DNA from: Longimicrobiales bacterium
GTDB lineage: Bacteria; Gemmatimonadota; Gemmatimonadetes; Longimicrobiales; Gaopeijiaceae
Direction of reading: 5' to 3'
NCBI GenBank assembly: GCA_965198065.1
Contig: CBDAON010000004.1
Coordinates: 512,001-576,000 of the forward strand
DNA: 64,000 nt
Shown: piece after piece, positions 32,546 to 43,900 of the stretch
Position numbering within the stretch: the first letter of the stretch is position 1
Layout: each line of letters begins with the position of its first letter
Position numbers and translations under genes: made by a program
Notes under the pieces: model-generated
Told to the model about the DNA's origin: nothing
The model's input: the letters and a program-made list of their open reading frames with translations, nothing else
Databases searched by the model: none

Positions 32546-33244
32546 TCACGGCCCGGTAACGGCACTCTCTGCAAGGCTGTCCGGCCGGGCGAGGAGCCTC
32601 GACCGGAGCGTCGGATAGAACTGCACGAACACGTGGTCGAAGGCTCCCTCCTCGGCGTGGCAAGAGTAGCAGGAGGCATCTCCGCGGACTTTCGCGGAGG
32701 TTGCTGTGCTCTCGTTCCGGAAGTTATAGAAGGCCCACCCCGTGGGATCGACGCCGGCCCACTTCACGTGCACCTCGACTCCGCCGACGCGGTCGCCCTC
32801 GTAGAAACCCGAGAGCGCCGGGCTGGCCTTCTGCGACGCCGAATAGAACGAGAGAATGAGCATGGCACCATCAGGGAAGGCGCCGTTCTCCATCGTGTAG
32901 CGATAGGCCCACGGCTGCATGTGCACGTTGTGGAACCGCCCTGGCGATGTAGCGGAGCCCCCACCCCTCGGCTCCGAGTACGAGAGCCCGGTGGAGGCCC
33001 CGACCAGAACCCACTCCTCCCACCCAACGGGACGGACGAGCTCTCCGTCCGAGGTGAACCGGGGAAGCTGATCCGCCGACGGCTCGGCGGGACCGCCCCC
33101 GGTTCGAACCCCCGCGCACCCGAAGGCCAACGGGAGAAGCGCGGACGTCACCCACAGGGGCGAGAGCCGCCGACCGAACGACCGCGCCCCGAGTGCGCGA
33201 GTTCTCGTCACGAAGCCCTTCCGGGGTAAGCGAGTCGTCATCAC
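32546..33244 (-). CDS. Cytochrome P460-family (c'-beta-like) lipoprotein
   Basis: LVRPVGWEEWVLVG, FHNV, GWAFYNF, C-terminal CYSCH, FVQFYPTL. Confidence 0.8.
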   Translation of the reverse strand: MMTTRLPRKGFVTRTRALGARSFGRRLSPLWVTSALLPLAFGCAGVRTGGGPAEPSADQLPRFTSDGELVRPVGWEEWVLVGASTGLSYSEPRGGGSATSPGRFHNVHMQPWAYRYTMENGAFPDGAMLILSFYSASQKASPALSGFYEGDRVGGVEVHVKWAGVDPTGWAFYNFRNESTATSAKVRGDASCYSCHAEEGAFDHVFVQFYPTLRSRLLARPDSLAESAVTGP

Positions 33245-33438
33245 GAAGCCCTCGTCAGTTCAGGACTGCCAGAGCGACGCCAAGTTCGGCGATTCGTCGC
33301 CGAGCCGGCCCTCAGCTAACAAATACTTGTACATGACGAGAAGCGAAAGAAGGCGCTCGCGTGCGTGACGAAGTTGGGGCACCATCTCGGGGCCGGCCTC
33401 CTGTCGGGGCCGTGCTCCCCGGCCTACCATTCCCGCGT

Positions 33439-34863
33439 ATGAGGACCCGGAAGCTCTCGATGGCCCTTCCCGAGCGGATCCGGCTGTCTCTGGTGGACGA
33501 CACCAGGGACTTGATCCCGATTTCCATCCCCTCCGCCCGGATGTGGCCCGTCGGTCTCGTGTTCGGAGCGGTCTTCGCCTTGTTCGCCGCGATCGCGTTC
33601 ACGCAGGTGCGTTCGATCTCCTTCGGGGACGTCGAATCGATCTTCGACCTCTCCCTCGCCCTCTTCACGGGATTCTGGGTCCTGGGCTGGTCGGTGGGCG
33701 TCATGATCTTCTTCCTGCTCACCGTGCTCTTTCTCCTCTACGGGGAGTCCGCCCGCATCCGGGGAGACCGGCTGATCCACGTGCCCCGGCTGGGGCCGCT
33801 CAAGATTCTGATCGAGTACGACCTGGCCAGGGTCCGAAACCTTCGGGTGGAGCCGTCCAATGCCCCGGGGCGAGGCCGGATCCGGTTCGACTATGGCGGG
33901 GGCGACCATGGGATTGGAAACGACCTGCCCCTGGACGCGGCCGAGGAGCGGATCCGGACGATTCAGTCGGCGATCGACGCCCTCAGGGACAGCGCGGCGG
34001 CCACCGCGGCCCCGATCCACGTCAGGGAGCGCGACGATGACCTGCCCGGAATCGACGTCCTTCGCTGGCTGCCGCCCGGGAGGCGGAAACGACGGGAGGA
34101 GGAGGACGCCGCTACTGAGCCTCGGTCCGCCAACGAAGCTCCGGCCGAGCCCCAGGCCGGCGACGAGCCCAGCGAGCCCATCCCACTGACGTCCCGCTCG
34201 GGCATGGCCCTCCTGGCCGCGAACCTGATCCCCCTCGCCGGCATCGTCTTCCTCGGATGGGACCTGGGCGAGATCATGGTCCTGTTCTGGTCAGAAAACG
34301 CTGTGATCGGCTTCTACAACCTTCTGAAGCTGGCCGTGGTCACTAGGTGGGCGGTCATCTTCGTGGGTCCTTTCTTTCTCGGACACTTCGGCGGGTTCAT
34401 GGCCGTCCATTTCCTGTTCGTCTACTACATGTTCGTGCGCGGTATCGATTCCGTTGGAACCGAGGGTCCGGTGCTCGAGTCGCTGGGCGAGCTGTTCATC
34501 CCCCTCTGGCCCGCGCTGCTGGCGCTCCTGGTGAGCCACGGGATCTCGTTCGCGACGAACTTCCTGAGTCGGCGGGAGCACGCGGGGAGGAGCGCATCCG
34601 ATCAGATGAGCGAGCCCTACAAGCGGGTCATCGTCCTCCACGTGACGATCATCTTCGGCGGCTGGCTCATCCTGCTATTGGGAAGCCCGCTCCCGGCACT
34701 GATCCTGCTGATCATCCTGAAGACCGCCGTGGACCTCCGCGCGCATCGACAGGAGCACTCGGGGCCGGCCCCTCACTTCACGAGGGCAATCGGGAAGAAG
34801 ACGAGAAAGCCGATGACGAGGAGGACAGGAGCCAAGGCCAGTGAGCCCTGGATCAGGAGGTAA
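33439..34863 (+). CDS. DUF6498-like membrane protein
   Basis: LLAANLIPLAGIVFLGWD...FWSEN...HFGGFMAVH...PYKRVIVLH. Start uncertain. Confidence 0.75.
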   Translation: MRTRKLSMALPERIRLSLVDDTRDLIPISIPSARMWPVGLVFGAVFALFAAIAFTQVRSISFGDVESIFDLSLALFTGFWVLGWSVGVMIFFLLTVLFLLYGESARIRGDRLIHVPRLGPLKILIEYDLARVRNLRVEPSNAPGRGRIRFDYGGGDHGIGNDLPLDAAEERIRTIQSAIDALRDSAAATAAPIHVRERDDDLPGIDVLRWLPPGRRKRREEEDAATEPRSANEAPAEPQAGDEPSEPIPLTSRSGMALLAANLIPLAGIVFLGWDLGEIMVLFWSENAVIGFYNLLKLAVVTRWAVIFVGPFFLGHFGGFMAVHFLFVYYMFVRGIDSVGTEGPVLESLGELFIPLWPALLALLVSHGISFATNFLSRREHAGRSASDQMSEPYKRVIVLHVTIIFGGWLILLLGSPLPALILLIILKTAVDLRAHRQEHSGPAPHFTRAIGKKTRKPMTRRTGAKASEPWIRR

Positions 34864-35027
34864 AAGCCGAGGAGAACGGTTACGAGCCCAGCGCCTCCGA
34901 AGACGCCGGTCCACGGCGAGAACGCCAGAGCCTCCGGGGCGCGCTTCGGAGTCGTCGGAGGGCCGGCGTCCGACTTGCGGGCATCCGACTGGAGCGCCTG
35001 TTCCCGGTCCCTGCGTCTTCGGCCCAT
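34773..35027 (-). CDS. Small two-TM membrane protein
   Basis: GFYLLIQGSLALAPVLLVIGFLVFFPIALVK. TTGACC-17-TAGGGT promoter just upstream (35065-35037). Confidence 0.6.
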   Translation of the reverse strand: MGRRRRDREQALQSDARKSDAGPPTTPKRAPEALAFSPWTGVFGGAGLVTVLLGFYLLIQGSLALAPVLLVIGFLVFFPIALVK

Positions 35028-35039
35028 CGTCGGTGAACC

Positions 35040-36179
35040 CTAGGGGAAGCCCCGGGGGGGGTCAACCTTGCTCGAGCGCCACGGCTCGCCTCCGGACCGG
35101 TCACGGCTGGTCGGGTCTCCGCCTGACACGCCTTGGGTGGCCGACTCCCAGTACGCCGGGCGGGCCGGAGGCTCCAATGCCCGGAGCCGAGCCATCCGCT
35201 CGAGGTCTCGCCGCCTCCGGATCCGGAAGAGCAGAGCGAGGCCCACGGCCGCCAGGAGCCAGAACACAGCGGTCCGGGACGCCACCAGGATCCAGCCGTA
35301 CGTCTGCTCGACGTGCTCGAGCCAGAGCCGCTCGAAACCCACGCTCGTGATGCCGAACGCGCTTCGGAACGCCGACTCGAATGCTCCGGCTTCCCGCCAG
35401 CGGGCGAAGAAGACCTCCATCCCGCGTAGACCGCTCTCCCGGAAGAGGTACTCGACGGCAGACGCCGAGAGCAGGTAGGCCAGCTCCGCGCTCGATCGGT
35501 CCATGGGCCAGCGGAGGCTCAGGGAATCCAGGGGGGATCCGCCCCGCGCCAGGGCCAGGCGGAGCCGCCAGGCCTCGTCCACGTTCCACCCGCCCGACGC
35601 CACCTGGGCGTACCCCTCGTCGAACCACCGCGGAATGGCGAGCCCGTCCAGGTACTGGTGGAGCCCGAGGTGGGCCCATTCGTGGAGCGTGGTCCGATCC
35701 CGAGCGGTGAGCCCGCCCCCGGGCGACTCGAAGAGCGGAATCACGGCCCTTTCGAGCACGGGGAGCGTCACGCCCGCTCCCCAGTCGGGAACGCGGCCCC
35801 CCGTAAGCGCGTCCCACACCTCGGGGTCTGGCGCGAGGAAGATCACTGCGCGGCCCGGCACGTCGGCGGGGAGGCCGGGCGGAGAGGGGACGCGATCGAG
35901 GACCTCCACGACGCGCCGGGCCCGCTCTTCGCCGCCGGGCCAGTACACGACACGGAGTCGGGACGAGAGTGCGGGGCTCGCGGGAACGAGCACCTCCGCC
36001 TCCCCGATTCGTGGCACGTCCGAGGGGAAGACGAGGGAGGCCGGAAACGCCTCTTGGGCCCCGCCCGACGGTGTTTCGATCTGGGCGTCAGCGTCGAGCC
36101 AGGCGCCGGACAGCGCGTCCAGCTCGGTCCCGAGCGTGGGCCCGAGCCAAAAGACGGCGAGAACGAGAAAGCGCCCCAT
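35040..36179 (-). CDS. Peptidase MA-like metallohydrolase
   Basis: HEWAH...PRWFDEGYA, C-terminal TM segment. Confidence 0.8.
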   Translation of the reverse strand: MGRFLVLAVFWLGPTLGTELDALSGAWLDADAQIETPSGGAQEAFPASLVFPSDVPRIGEAEVLVPASPALSSRLRVVYWPGGEERARRVVEVLDRVPSPPGLPADVPGRAVIFLAPDPEVWDALTGGRVPDWGAGVTLPVLERAVIPLFESPGGGLTARDRTTLHEWAHLGLHQYLDGLAIPRWFDEGYAQVASGGWNVDEAWRLRLALARGGSPLDSLSLRWPMDRSSAELAYLLSASAVEYLFRESGLRGMEVFFARWREAGAFESAFRSAFGITSVGFERLWLEHVEQTYGWILVASRTAVFWLLAAVGLALLFRIRRRRDLERMARLRALEPPARPAYWESATQGVSGGDPTSRDRSGGEPWRSSKVDPPRGFP

Positions 36180-36221
36180 GGGAGACGTCCTACCCCCGGA
36201 GCCGAGGAAAGGGCAGCGCGG

Positions 36222-37846
36222 TTAGCGGCCGGGCGCGACCGCAATGAGCTCGAGGTTCGTCCGCACGACCTCGTTTTCGGGATTCAGCTCGAGCGCCTTC
36301 TTCCAGAGCTCGAGGGCCCAATCCCGGTCCCCGTCCTTGTAGACCAGATTCCCCAGCTTCAGGTACAGGTCGTCGCCCAGACGGGAGTTCAGCTGGAGCG
36401 CGCGCTCGTAGTGCGCGCGGGCCCCGGCCTGGTAGCCGCGGCGATAGGCTAGGTCGCCCAAGTTCTTGTGCGCCTGCGGGAGCGGTGGAGTCTCCCCCAC
36501 GGCTCTCAGGTAGAGGGCCTCGGCCGCGTCGCTCTCTCCTCGGCGCTCGAGCACCGCGCCCAGATTCACGAGGATCGCGCCGTTTCCAGGGTAGGCGGTC
36601 ATCCCCTCGCGGCCCAGGTGTAGCGCCTCGTCCATCTCCCCGGCCGCCGCGGCGGCGAGGAGGGCGTACGCGAAGTACATGGGGAGCGGAGCCTCATCCT
36701 TCCCGAGAGAGCGCCGGTATTTCCGGAAGCCCTCGAGCGCCGCCTCTGGCTGATGGTTCTTGAAGCGAGCGATCGAACGTGCCAGAACGAGGCGGCCGTC
36801 GTCGGGAACGAGGCCCAGCGCGCGGTCGATGGACTTGAGCGCCTCGGCGTAGCGTCCGAGCTGCTCCAGGGCCACGGCCCGGTTCCTGAGGATGATCGCC
36901 CCGCCGTCTTCCTTGGCGAGAAGGGCATCGAAGTGCTCGAGAGCCTTCTCCGGCTCACCCGCCCGGAGCGCGATTATCGCCAGGCGGGACCGAGCCTCCG
37001 CCTGGCCAGGATCGGCCTCCACCACGGCTCCGTACTCCCGTTCGGCATCCTCGAGCATCCCGGCCCGATAGAAGGCGTCGCCCAGGTTCAGCCGCTGGGT
37101 CACGCTCACGTCCTCACCGGCTGGGGCCTCCCGGCGGCCGCTCCCGTAGACGAAGCCCGCCTGGAGCAGCCCGTACAGTGCCTTCGTGCCCTCGAACTCG
37201 ACGAGCCCCGACTCCTCGATCACCTCCTCCACCGTCATCTGGCCGTCCAGGAGCGAGAGGATCTTCTCCTGCTCCTTCGAGAGCTCCACGTCCTCGCTCT
37301 CTCCCGGAAGGCGCTCCACCGAGAAGATAAGGTCCAGGGATGGGATCTTCTTCTGGATGAGCGAGAGCTCGTCCACCCGGCGCGCCCCCTCGAGGAGGAG
37401 GCTCTCCGCGGCGATCGAGACGAGCATCCCGCCGTGCTCGTCCGGGGCCTGGTCCGGATCGAAGTGGAAGGAGCCCTGGTCCCAGTTGAACAGGTGGTAG
37501 ACCGCCTCTTCGATCTGGATGGTGATGAAGCGGTTCAGCTGCTCCTCGGTGATGCTTCCACGCTCAACCAGGATCTGTCCCAGCCGCTTCCCGGGATGGC
37601 TAGCCTGGGAATGCATGCCAGCGGAGAGCTCTTCCCGGTTGATTACGTTGTTTCGCACCAGGAGCTCACCCAGGCGGTCGGGTCGATTGAGCACCGTCGC
37701 GTAGATGACCCGGCCGCCCTTGAAGTAGACGTACCCGAAGTTCGAGCGGTCCGTGACGGTGAGGCAGCCCGTCTTCCGACCCATCGAGAGGAGCTGGCAG
37801 ATGTCCGCCAGGCTCATTTGTCCCGGAGCTGACCCTCAATGCCCAT
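36222..37846 (-). CDS. DUF4388 plus TPR protein (apparent 2-nt insertion near the start)
   Basis: MGIEGQLRD / MSLADICQLLSMGRKTGCL, RLGELLV, LLEGARRVDE, multiple TPRs. Confidence 0.85.
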
Positions 37847-37858
37847 ACGGCCTCACGC

Positions 37859-39905
37859 TCACTCCTCCTCCTCCTGGACGAGGTCCTCGAGCACGGGCCA
37901 GTCCCACACGACCCGTTCCCGGTCAGGGAACCAGTCCGCCGCCCCCGACGCCTTGGGCACTGCCACGACGAGGCCCTCCTCCGTTCTCGGGCTGCTCCTC
38001 CCTCTTGCGGCCCCGGGATACCCCCGCCAGTTCGCGCACGGCCGCCAGGTCGTCCATCTCGTCCTCGGTCCCGTTCGGTTGAGCGGCGTCGGCCACGATC
38101 AGGCCCGGCTCCGGAGTCGAGGTCGTCTCGGGCTCGGTGAGCGAGATCTCCCGCTCGTAACCCGTGCCCGAGTCCGGCGCCTGGACGGGCCCAGGGGCCT
38201 CGTCGGTCGTAGTCGTCGCCTCAGAGCGCTCGGGCTCGGCCTCGGTGGGACCCTCCTCGGCCAGCGCGAACTCCCCGTCCACGCTCAGGTCGGAGCCGCC
38301 GGGCTCGGGACCCAGCTCGACCACTAGCCCTCCCTCGAACCGGGAGAGGAGGCGGTCGTCCACCCCTTCCACGCGGGAGGGAGGGCGGTCGGCGGCGAGG
38401 AGGATTCGCCCACCCCTCCGGATCAGGGCCTCGAACAGGTGGAAGAATTCCTCCTGCGCGCGCTCCGTGCCGGAAAGGCCCTCGATCCCGTGGAGAAGGA
38501 GCAGCTCGACCGACCACCAGCGCTCCCGCCACGCCCCGGCGACCCCGTACGAGATCGCGCGGATGAACTCCTCCGCGAACTCGGACACGGAGACGAGGGC
38601 AGCCCGACCCTCCGGACGTGTCCGGATGAACGTCCGTCCCGCCGCCTCGAGGATCCCGCGCGCACGCGCAGGATCGGGAGAATAGAGGTAGAGTGGATTG
38701 TAGTCCGGACGCTCCACCTTCATGAGCCGGGACGCGGCTCGAAGTGCGAGCGCCGGGTACTTGCCCTCGAGCTCCGCCAGGCTGGGACCCTCCGCGATGG
38801 GCGAGAACGCGCGGGCCCGTTCGCGCGCCGACGCGAGGAGGCTCTCCGCCTCGGCGAGCCGGTCCGGATCCCGGAGCAGCGTGGTCGCAGCTTCCGGCCA
38901 CGGATTCCCGAGATCGTTCAGCTCGATCCGGATCTCGCGAGCCCGGTCGAGGTCGTTCCGGAAAGTCTGGAGGGTCTCCTCCCAGTCCTCGGGCTCCTCC
39001 TGCTCATCGAGCAGCTTCGCGATCCGCTGGACCGAGAACCCCTCTCCCTCCCCTTGGCTCACGGTCTCCCAGATCTCCTTCCGCCAGCGCGGTTCATCGG
39101 GCTTCGGGGCGGCGCCTTCGGCATCCGGGTCGCCCGATGTCCCCATCCCGCCCAGGAACTCCGCGAGGTCCGAGCCCCCCTCCTCGGAGCGATCTCCCAT
39201 GAGAGATGCGAGGTCGCCCACCATGACCGGGCGCCCCTCCAGCTCCTGGACGGCGAGGAGGCGGTTCAGGGCACCCTGGAGCTCCCGCACGTTTTTGAAG
39301 GGGTAGCGCGCCAACGCCTCGGCCACCCCTGCCGCCAGCGGGGTCCCACGCTCCTCCGACTTTCGGCGCATGATGGCCACCCGGGTCTCGTAGTCCGGCG
39401 GACCGATGTCCACGATGAGCCCGCCCGAGAACCGGGAGAGGAGCCTGGCGTCGAGCCCGTTGATCTCCGCCGGGGGCCGGTCGGAGGCGAGCACGATCTG
39501 GTTTCCCCGACCCGTTAGGGCATCCAGGGTGCGGAGCAGCATCTCCTGCGCCTGCGCCTGCCCGGTGAGGAACTGGACGTCGTCCAGGAGGAGCACGTCC
39601 AGCTTCAGATAGCGTTCGCGCATCGCGTCCTGGCCCCCCGCCTCGAGCGCCTTCGCGAGCTCGTCCAGGTAGCCTTCGAGCGTCCGATACACGACAACCC
39701 GATCCGGGCGCTGGCGCGCGCTGTGATGGGCGACGGCGGCCAGGATGTGTGACTTGCCGAGCCCCGAAGCCGAGTAGAGGAACAGCGGGTTGTAGCTCGT
39801 GCCCGGCGATTCGGCGGCCCGCTTCGCGGCGGCAAACGCGAGGCGGTTCGCCGGGCCGACGACGAACGTATCGAAGGTGAGCCGCGTATCGAGGTCGATG
39901 GTCAT
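37859..39905 (-). CDS. DnaA/Hda-like protein with two AAA+ modules (second degenerate), probable frameshift near the C-terminus
   Basis: TFDTFVVGPANRLA, YNPLFLY, GLGKSH, LLLDDVQF, RLLSRF. Second YNPLY...EEFFHLF...RLLSRFEGG. Alternate-frame tail DWFPDRERVVWDWP. Confidence 0.82.
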
Positions 39906-39921
39906 TTCCGCCGATCCGCCT

Positions 39922-40947
39922 TCAACCGTACGTGTCCCCTGGACTCGTGACCGGCCCCCGTGCCCACGCAGCCACCGCCTCCAGCTCCGGTGGCAGAGGC
40001 GCACGGAAGCTCATTCGCGCACCCGTCTCGGGGTGGGCGAACTGAAGCCGTTCCGCTTGGAGGAACGTCCGCGGGGTACGTCGGGCCAGCTCCCGCGCCC
40101 ACCCCCGGGCCGGGCCTCCCATTCCCTGCTCCCACGCCGCCCCGTAGACGGGATCGCCCACCACGGGGTGACCCAGATGCGCCAGGTGGACCCGGATCTG
40201 GTGGGTCCGACCGGTTTCGAGCGCTACGTCCAGGAGCTCCGCGGCCGCCCATCGCTCCTTCACCCGCGCCCGTGTCACCGCCCTCCGGCCCCCCTCGGTT
40301 ACTGCCATTCTCCGCCCTTCTTTGGGGTCCCGCCCGACAGGCGCGTCCACGCGGATCGGGCTCTCACGAAAATGCCCCCAGGAAGCGGCCACGTACAGGC
40401 GCCGGACCCGCCGCTCCTTCAGCGCCGCCGAGAGGGCATGGTGGGTCTGGTCGTCCTTTGCCACCACGAGGAGCCCGGACGTGTCGCGGTCCAGGCGATG
40501 GACGATCCCTGGGCGGAGCACCCCGCCGATCCCAGAGAGATCCCGAACATGGTGAAGGAGGGCGTTCACGAGGGTCCCGCGCGGGTGGCCGGGGGCCGGA
40601 TGGACGACCATGCCCGCTGCCTTGTTCACGACGACCAGGTGGCGGTCCTCGTACACGATGTCGAGCGGGAGATCCTCGGGCTCTGCGCGCAGGGGCTCAG
40701 GCGCGGGCACCTCGATCTCGAGGCGGTCCCCTTCGTTCACGGGCTCCGACTTCCGGACGGGAGCCCCGTTCCGGAGCACCTTCCCCGACTCGACGAGCGA
40801 CGCCACTCGGGTCCTAGACAGCTCGATGTGCTCCGCGAGCCACATGTCCAGCCGGATGCCCTTCCCTTCCTTCCCCACGACGAGGACCCGGCGCTCGGGG
40901 CCCGGCCGGGGCGCTTCGGCGTCCGCCGATCGGGCCCCGGCGCTCAT
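39922..40947 (-). CDS. rluD: RluA-family pseudouridine synthase (RluD-like)
   Basis: S4-like N-terminus, VVNKAAGMVVHP, HRLDRDTSG, GRTHQIRVH. Confidence 0.92.
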   Translation of the reverse strand: MSAGARSADAEAPRPGPERRVLVVGKEGKGIRLDMWLAEHIELSRTRVASLVESGKVLRNGAPVRKSEPVNEGDRLEIEVPAPEPLRAEPEDLPLDIVYEDRHLVVVNKAAGMVVHPAPGHPRGTLVNALLHHVRDLSGIGGVLRPGIVHRLDRDTSGLLVVAKDDQTHHALSAALKERRVRRLYVAASWGHFRESPIRVDAPVGRDPKEGRRMAVTEGGRRAVTRARVKERWAAAELLDVALETGRTHQIRVHLAHLGHPVVGDPVYGAAWEQGMGGPARGWARELARRTPRTFLQAERLQFAHPETGARMSFRAPLPPELEAVAAWARGPVTSPGDTYG

Positions 40948-43900
40948 CCCGCTCGGCTCAAGGCCAGCCTCACCCTCGTCTCGTCGATCTTGTCCTCGAC
41001 GAACGCATCGTAGCGCCCGTCCAGATCCTCCGCCGCCCCCTCCACCTCGAGGGCCAGCGTCTCCCTTGCGATCAGCTCCCGGTGCCGTGCAAGCGCGGCG
41101 CGCACCTCCTCCGGTCCGGCAATCCCCAGACGGATCCGGTCCGTGATCTTGAGCCCCGCATCCTTTCGGAGCCGCTGGATCCGGCTCACGAGCTCGCGCG
41201 CCATCCCCTCGGCCCTGAGCTCGTCGTCCAGCGTCGGATCGAGCGCCGCCACATGACCGTCCTCGGCCTTCACGACGAGGTCGCCCGCAGCCTCCTCGTG
41301 GATCTCGAGCCACTCGTGCTCGAGCGGCACGTCCTCTCCACCGACCCGAATCGTCACAACTTCACCGCGGCCGAACGCGCTCAGTGCCTCGCCCCCGAGC
41401 GCGCGGATGGCGGTGGCCGCCTCCTCGCTCCGCTTCTGGAAGCGGGGGCCGAGCGCCCGAAAGCTCGGGCGGGCAACCCGGCGGACCAACTCGTCCGCAG
41501 AGGCCAAGAAGCGCACTTCCTTCACGTTCAGCTCGTCCTGGAGGAGGCCCAGGAGCTCGGGCCGGGGCTGGCACCCGGTGGGCACCACCCCCTGGAGGAG
41601 GCGGAGCGGCTGGCGGACCCGGATCGTCACCTCCTCCCGTGCAGCGCGGCCGAGGGACACGAGAACCCGGACCGCCGCCATCTCGCCCTCGAGCTCCCGG
41701 TCCACGCCGGCCGCGTCCGCCGTCGGAAACGAAGCCAGGTGGACGGAGCGCCCCTCGTCGAGGGCCCGGTGGAGCCAGTCCGAAAAGAACGGGATGATCG
41801 GGCCCAGGATCCGGGAGACCGTGACGAGCACTTCCCATAGGGTCCGAAACGCCGCCCTAGCGTCGCTCGAGTCCGTGTTGCCCCAGAACCGCGGCCTAGA
41901 GCGTCGCACGTACCAGTTGGAGAGATCCTCGCTCACGAAGTCGGCCACCAGCCGGTACGCATGGGTGAGCTGGTACGAGTCGAGCTCGCTTCCCACTTCC
42001 GCGACCGTGCGACTCAGTCGCGAGAGGAGCCACCGGTCCAGGAGGCTCCGCTCCCCCGGGGAGGGATCGTCGTCTCCCGGGCGCCACCCATCGACGTTCC
42101 CGTAGAGCGCGAAGAACCGGTACGTGTTCAGGAGCGTGTCGAAGAGCCGCCGGGCCGCCTCCCGTACGCCCTCGGGATCGTAGCGCTTGGCCACCAACGG
42201 GCTCGACGAGGTGATCAGGTACCAGCGGAGCGGGTCCGCGCCGAACTCCCCGATCGCGTCCCAGGGGTCTACCACGTTCCCCTTCGACTTGGACATCTTC
42301 TGTCCTTCCTCGTCGAGGATGAGCCCGTTCACGATCACGTTCCGGTACACGGGCCCGACGTCGAGCATGGTCCCGATTGCGAGCAGGGAGTAGAACCACC
42401 CCCTCGTCTGATCGAGCCCCTCGCAGATGAAGTCGGCGGGGAAGTGGCGACGGAACTCGGTCTCGTGCTCGAACGGCCAGTGCCACTGCGCGTACGGCAT
42501 CGCCCCCGAGTCGAACCACGCGTCGATCACGGCGGGGTCGCGCTTCATCACCCCTTCGCACTCGCGGCAGCCCCAGGTGAGCGCGTCGATCCACGGCCGG
42601 TGCGGATCGAACCCCTCGTCGAGAGGGCCGGCCCGCTCCTCCAGCTCGGCCACGGAGCCTATCCACTCCACATGCTCGGGATCGCTCTCGCACACCCACA
42701 CGGGGAGCGGGGTGCCCCAGAATCGATCCCGGGAGAGCGCCCAGTCCACGTTGTTCTGGAGCCACTCCCCGAACCGCCCCTCCCCCACGTCGGGGGGGTG
42801 CCACCCGATCTGGTGATTGTTCTCGAGCATCCGGTCCTTGAGCGTGGAGGTCGCCGCGAACCAGGAGTTCCGCACCATGTAGATGAGGGGAGAGTCGCAG
42901 CGCCAGCAGTGCGGGTACGAGTGCGTGACCGTCCCCACCCGAAAGAGGGCTCCCACCTTTCGGAGCTCCTTGATGAGGACGGCGTCCGCGTCCTTCACGA
43001 AGAGCCCCCCCACCACCGGGATCTCCTCCCGGAACCGCCCGCGGTCGTCCACGGGGCGGAGGAGCGGAAGCCCTCTCCGCTGCCCAACGGCGTAGTCGTC
43101 CGCTCCGAACGCCGGGGCCATATGGACGATCCCCGAGCCTTCCTCGGCCGAGACGAAGTCCTCCGCCACGACCGTCCATCCGCTGAGGAGCTCCTCGTCC
43201 GTCACGGGGACGAGGTCCAGGACCCGGCGGTAGCGGATCCCCACGAGATCAGAGCCCGAGCGGGTCTCCAGGATCCGCGCGTCATCTCCGAACACCTCCG
43301 GCACGCGGGACTCGGCGAGCCATATCCGCCTCCCCTCCCACTCGACCTCCGCGTACGTCAGGTCCGAGCGCACGGCGAGCACCGTGTTCGACGGAACCGT
43401 CCAGGGAGTAGTCGTCCACACGAGGAAGGCGCGCCGCTCGGGATCCGGCCGGCCGGCTTCGTCCGTCCACTCGGCGAGGAAGTACAGGGACGGGTCCTCG
43501 ACGTCGTCGTATCCCTGGGCCACTTCGTGCGACGAGAGGGCCGTCCCGCAGCGAGGGCAGTACGGTACGGACTTCTGGCCGCGATAGAGGAGCCCCTTTT
43601 CCGCCAGCTGCTTCAGGATCCACCACACCGACTCGATGTACGGTGTATGGAAGGTCACGTACGGACGCGAGTAATCGAGCCAGTAGCCGATCCGCTCCGA
43701 GAGGCGCTCCCAGTCATCCTGGTATGTGAAGACGGACTCCCTGCACACCTGGTTGAAGCGCTCGATCCCGATCCGCTCGATGTCCGGCTTTCCAGAGATT
43801 CCTAGCTTCCGCTCCGCCTCGATCTCGACCGGGAGCCCGTGCGTGTCCCAGCCGGCCATGCGTGTCACGTCCCGCCCCTGCATAGCGCGATGGCGGCAGA

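Noticed and set aside
37859..39905. Canonical dnaA/oriC
   Set aside because: It lacks domains I and IV, there is no dnaN, and I saw no DnaA-box cluster.
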